From contig MU058423.1 of the NCBI GenBank assembly GCA_013265495.1, forward strand, positions 8,727,627-8,791,626: a stretch of DNA of 64,000 nt, in the 5' to 3' direction. Below the pieces are notes generated by a model. The model had not been told where the DNA came from. It searched no databases and saw only the letters and a program-made list of their open reading frames with translations. The translations under genes and the position numbers were made by a program. Source of the stretch: Vicugna vicugna. Taxonomy: Eukaryota. This document shows, one piece after another, positions 62,344 to 64,000 of this stretch. How positions within the stretch are numbered: position 1 is the first letter of the stretch; the number at the start of each line of letters is the position of its first letter.

Positions 62344-63489
62344 AGCCCTCAGCCCCTCTTTATAACGTCTTTCTTCAGCTTACACTTTTCAAATATAGCG
62401 AGTGTGTGTATACTCACACACGCACATAAACATATGTCCATATATATTTTCTGGCTGTAATTATGTACAGTTTAATATACAGGGGAAAAGGTTTTTAGAA
62501 GTAGATGAGTACAGTATTATGCTAAGAGTAGTAATGAATGAAATAATTTCTCCTATGCTTCTATATTTTATAAATTTTCCATAAAATAGACATTAATCTT
62601 CAGATATAAAAACACACTTTAATTTCAAGAAATAACACTTTCCTAAGGCCAAGTTTTTTTTTTGAAATTCAATATGCTGACATTTCATAGAATTTTCATT
62701 TTGCTAAAAACAGTATCTACTACAGTATTACTATACAAAGGATGCTACACATTTATCTACTAGCTGAGAATAGAAAAATGGGAAATGGGCCTAATTTATG
62801 CCAGGAAAGACTAAAAACTAAAGAACTTTCTGATAAAAATAGCAGGGGGTTGGGCTGAATGATCTCCAGGTCTGCCGTCCAGTAACCTGACAAGAAGAAG
62901 TAAAGACATTCCCACAGTTACTTCTCCCGGGATTTTAGCAAAATTGCATGGCCATCAATTAGCAATGTGTATGGCTTTTAGAAATTAAAAATACACAGCT
63001 TTACCACGCAAGGTCCTGAGAAAAAAGTGTGTGTGGAATTACTTAATATATGTTTAGTAATTTGACCTTGAATTTCAAGAAGTAATTAGGACTGAAACTT
63101 CTTTTTGTTGCTTTTGTCAATGTGAACAGAGCTTGGATAACAGGCATGTAAATTTCTCCCAAATGCCAGCACTGACTGCATATGATTTACACACAAAGCT
63201 CATAGTCCCATATATTATTATTCTGGCAAGATACGAGTTGGAAGATAGGATTTATTCTTGGTTACTTCATTAAGAGAAAAATATACATGCAAGGAAAAGA
63301 CTGAATCTTTTTTCTTTCAAAATTACTGTCTTCAACTGTAAACATATATTAATTATTTAGTATATTTCAGGTTCAGGTAACTGGTTACTTAAAGATAAAA
63401 GGCAATATTTGCTCTAAAAGAAAAAGAAGACATGAAAAATAAACCAAAAAATCTTTCCTATCTAGTTTTGAAGATCTCACACACACAAG

Positions 63490-63955
63490 ACAGTAAGATA
63501 ATAAGACAAAGATAATACAAGGGAATGTGTGGTAAGGACAAAGTGGTGCAGGAGTTCTGTAGGGGGAGAGCTCAGGGCTAGGGGAGCTCTGATGATGGGG
63601 GAGAAACTAGCGAGCCTTCCTGGGAGGAAGGATGAGGGTTGGGTAAGTGACCAGATGGGAGGAGACTCCAGGAAGGTCCTTGAATGAACAAGACTCAGAC
63701 ACAGAACATGGGCCATGTTTAGAAGGCAGCGTAGAGACCAACTAGGCTATAGAGAAGGACGCAAGTAGGGGAGAGAAAGATGGGGGAGTTAGCGAGTGGT
63801 CACATCATGCAGGGAATTCCACACCTGACCAAAAACTCTGATCTTATCCTCCAGTACAGTGGTTACCATCCCACTCTGGAATCAGACAAAGAAGAAAGGT
63901 TCGAATCCCAGCTCCTCCCTTTAAGTTGCTACATGACCTTGGGCACATTAATTTT
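63490..63955. mobile_element. L2 fragment (-) followed by MIR 5' part (+)
   Basis: 'gagccttcctgggaggaagg'; 'ctctggaatcagac...ggttcgaatcccagctcc...tgaccttgggca'. Confidence 0.65.
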
Positions 63956-64000
63956 CTTTTTTCTAAAAACTTATGTATTTATCTATAGGGGGGTAGTTAT

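Noticed and set aside
63955..64000. Possible tail of a third antisense vic-1 SINE at the window edge
   Set aside because: Only a T-rich tract and a G run followed by 'tagtta' are visible; truncated by the window end.

Overview
This is repeat-rich, non-coding mammalian genomic DNA. It is most likely camelid (alpaca/llama/camel): two tRNA-Ala-derived vic-1-type SINEs and artiodactyl-type L1 3'UTRs and ERV1 LTRs are present, and I saw no Alu, B1/B2, Bov-A/BovB, PRE-1 or Can-SINE. I recognise no protein-coding exon, intact retroelement ORF or functional RNA gene; the ORF-track entries are either chance ORFs or decayed L1 ORF2 fragments. A large part of the window is old interspersed repeat (L2, MIR, L1M, MLT1 LTRs, hAT MERs, one CR1/L3 piece). 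L1 copies occur on both strands, which fits intergenic DNA. The unique blocks look regulatory: CpG-rich patches at ~14.1-14.4 kb and ~52.2-52.7 kb, CTCF-like motifs at 22.2 and 61.6 kb, and several candidate minus-strand non-coding exons. Structural points of interest are a twin-primed 5'-inverted L1, a recent 314-bp tandem duplication, a head-to-head L1MC inverted pair and several nested insertions. I found no evidence of a novel biological system. Repeat family names come from recalled consensus sequences, not a search, and boundaries of old repeats are approximate (tens of bp).
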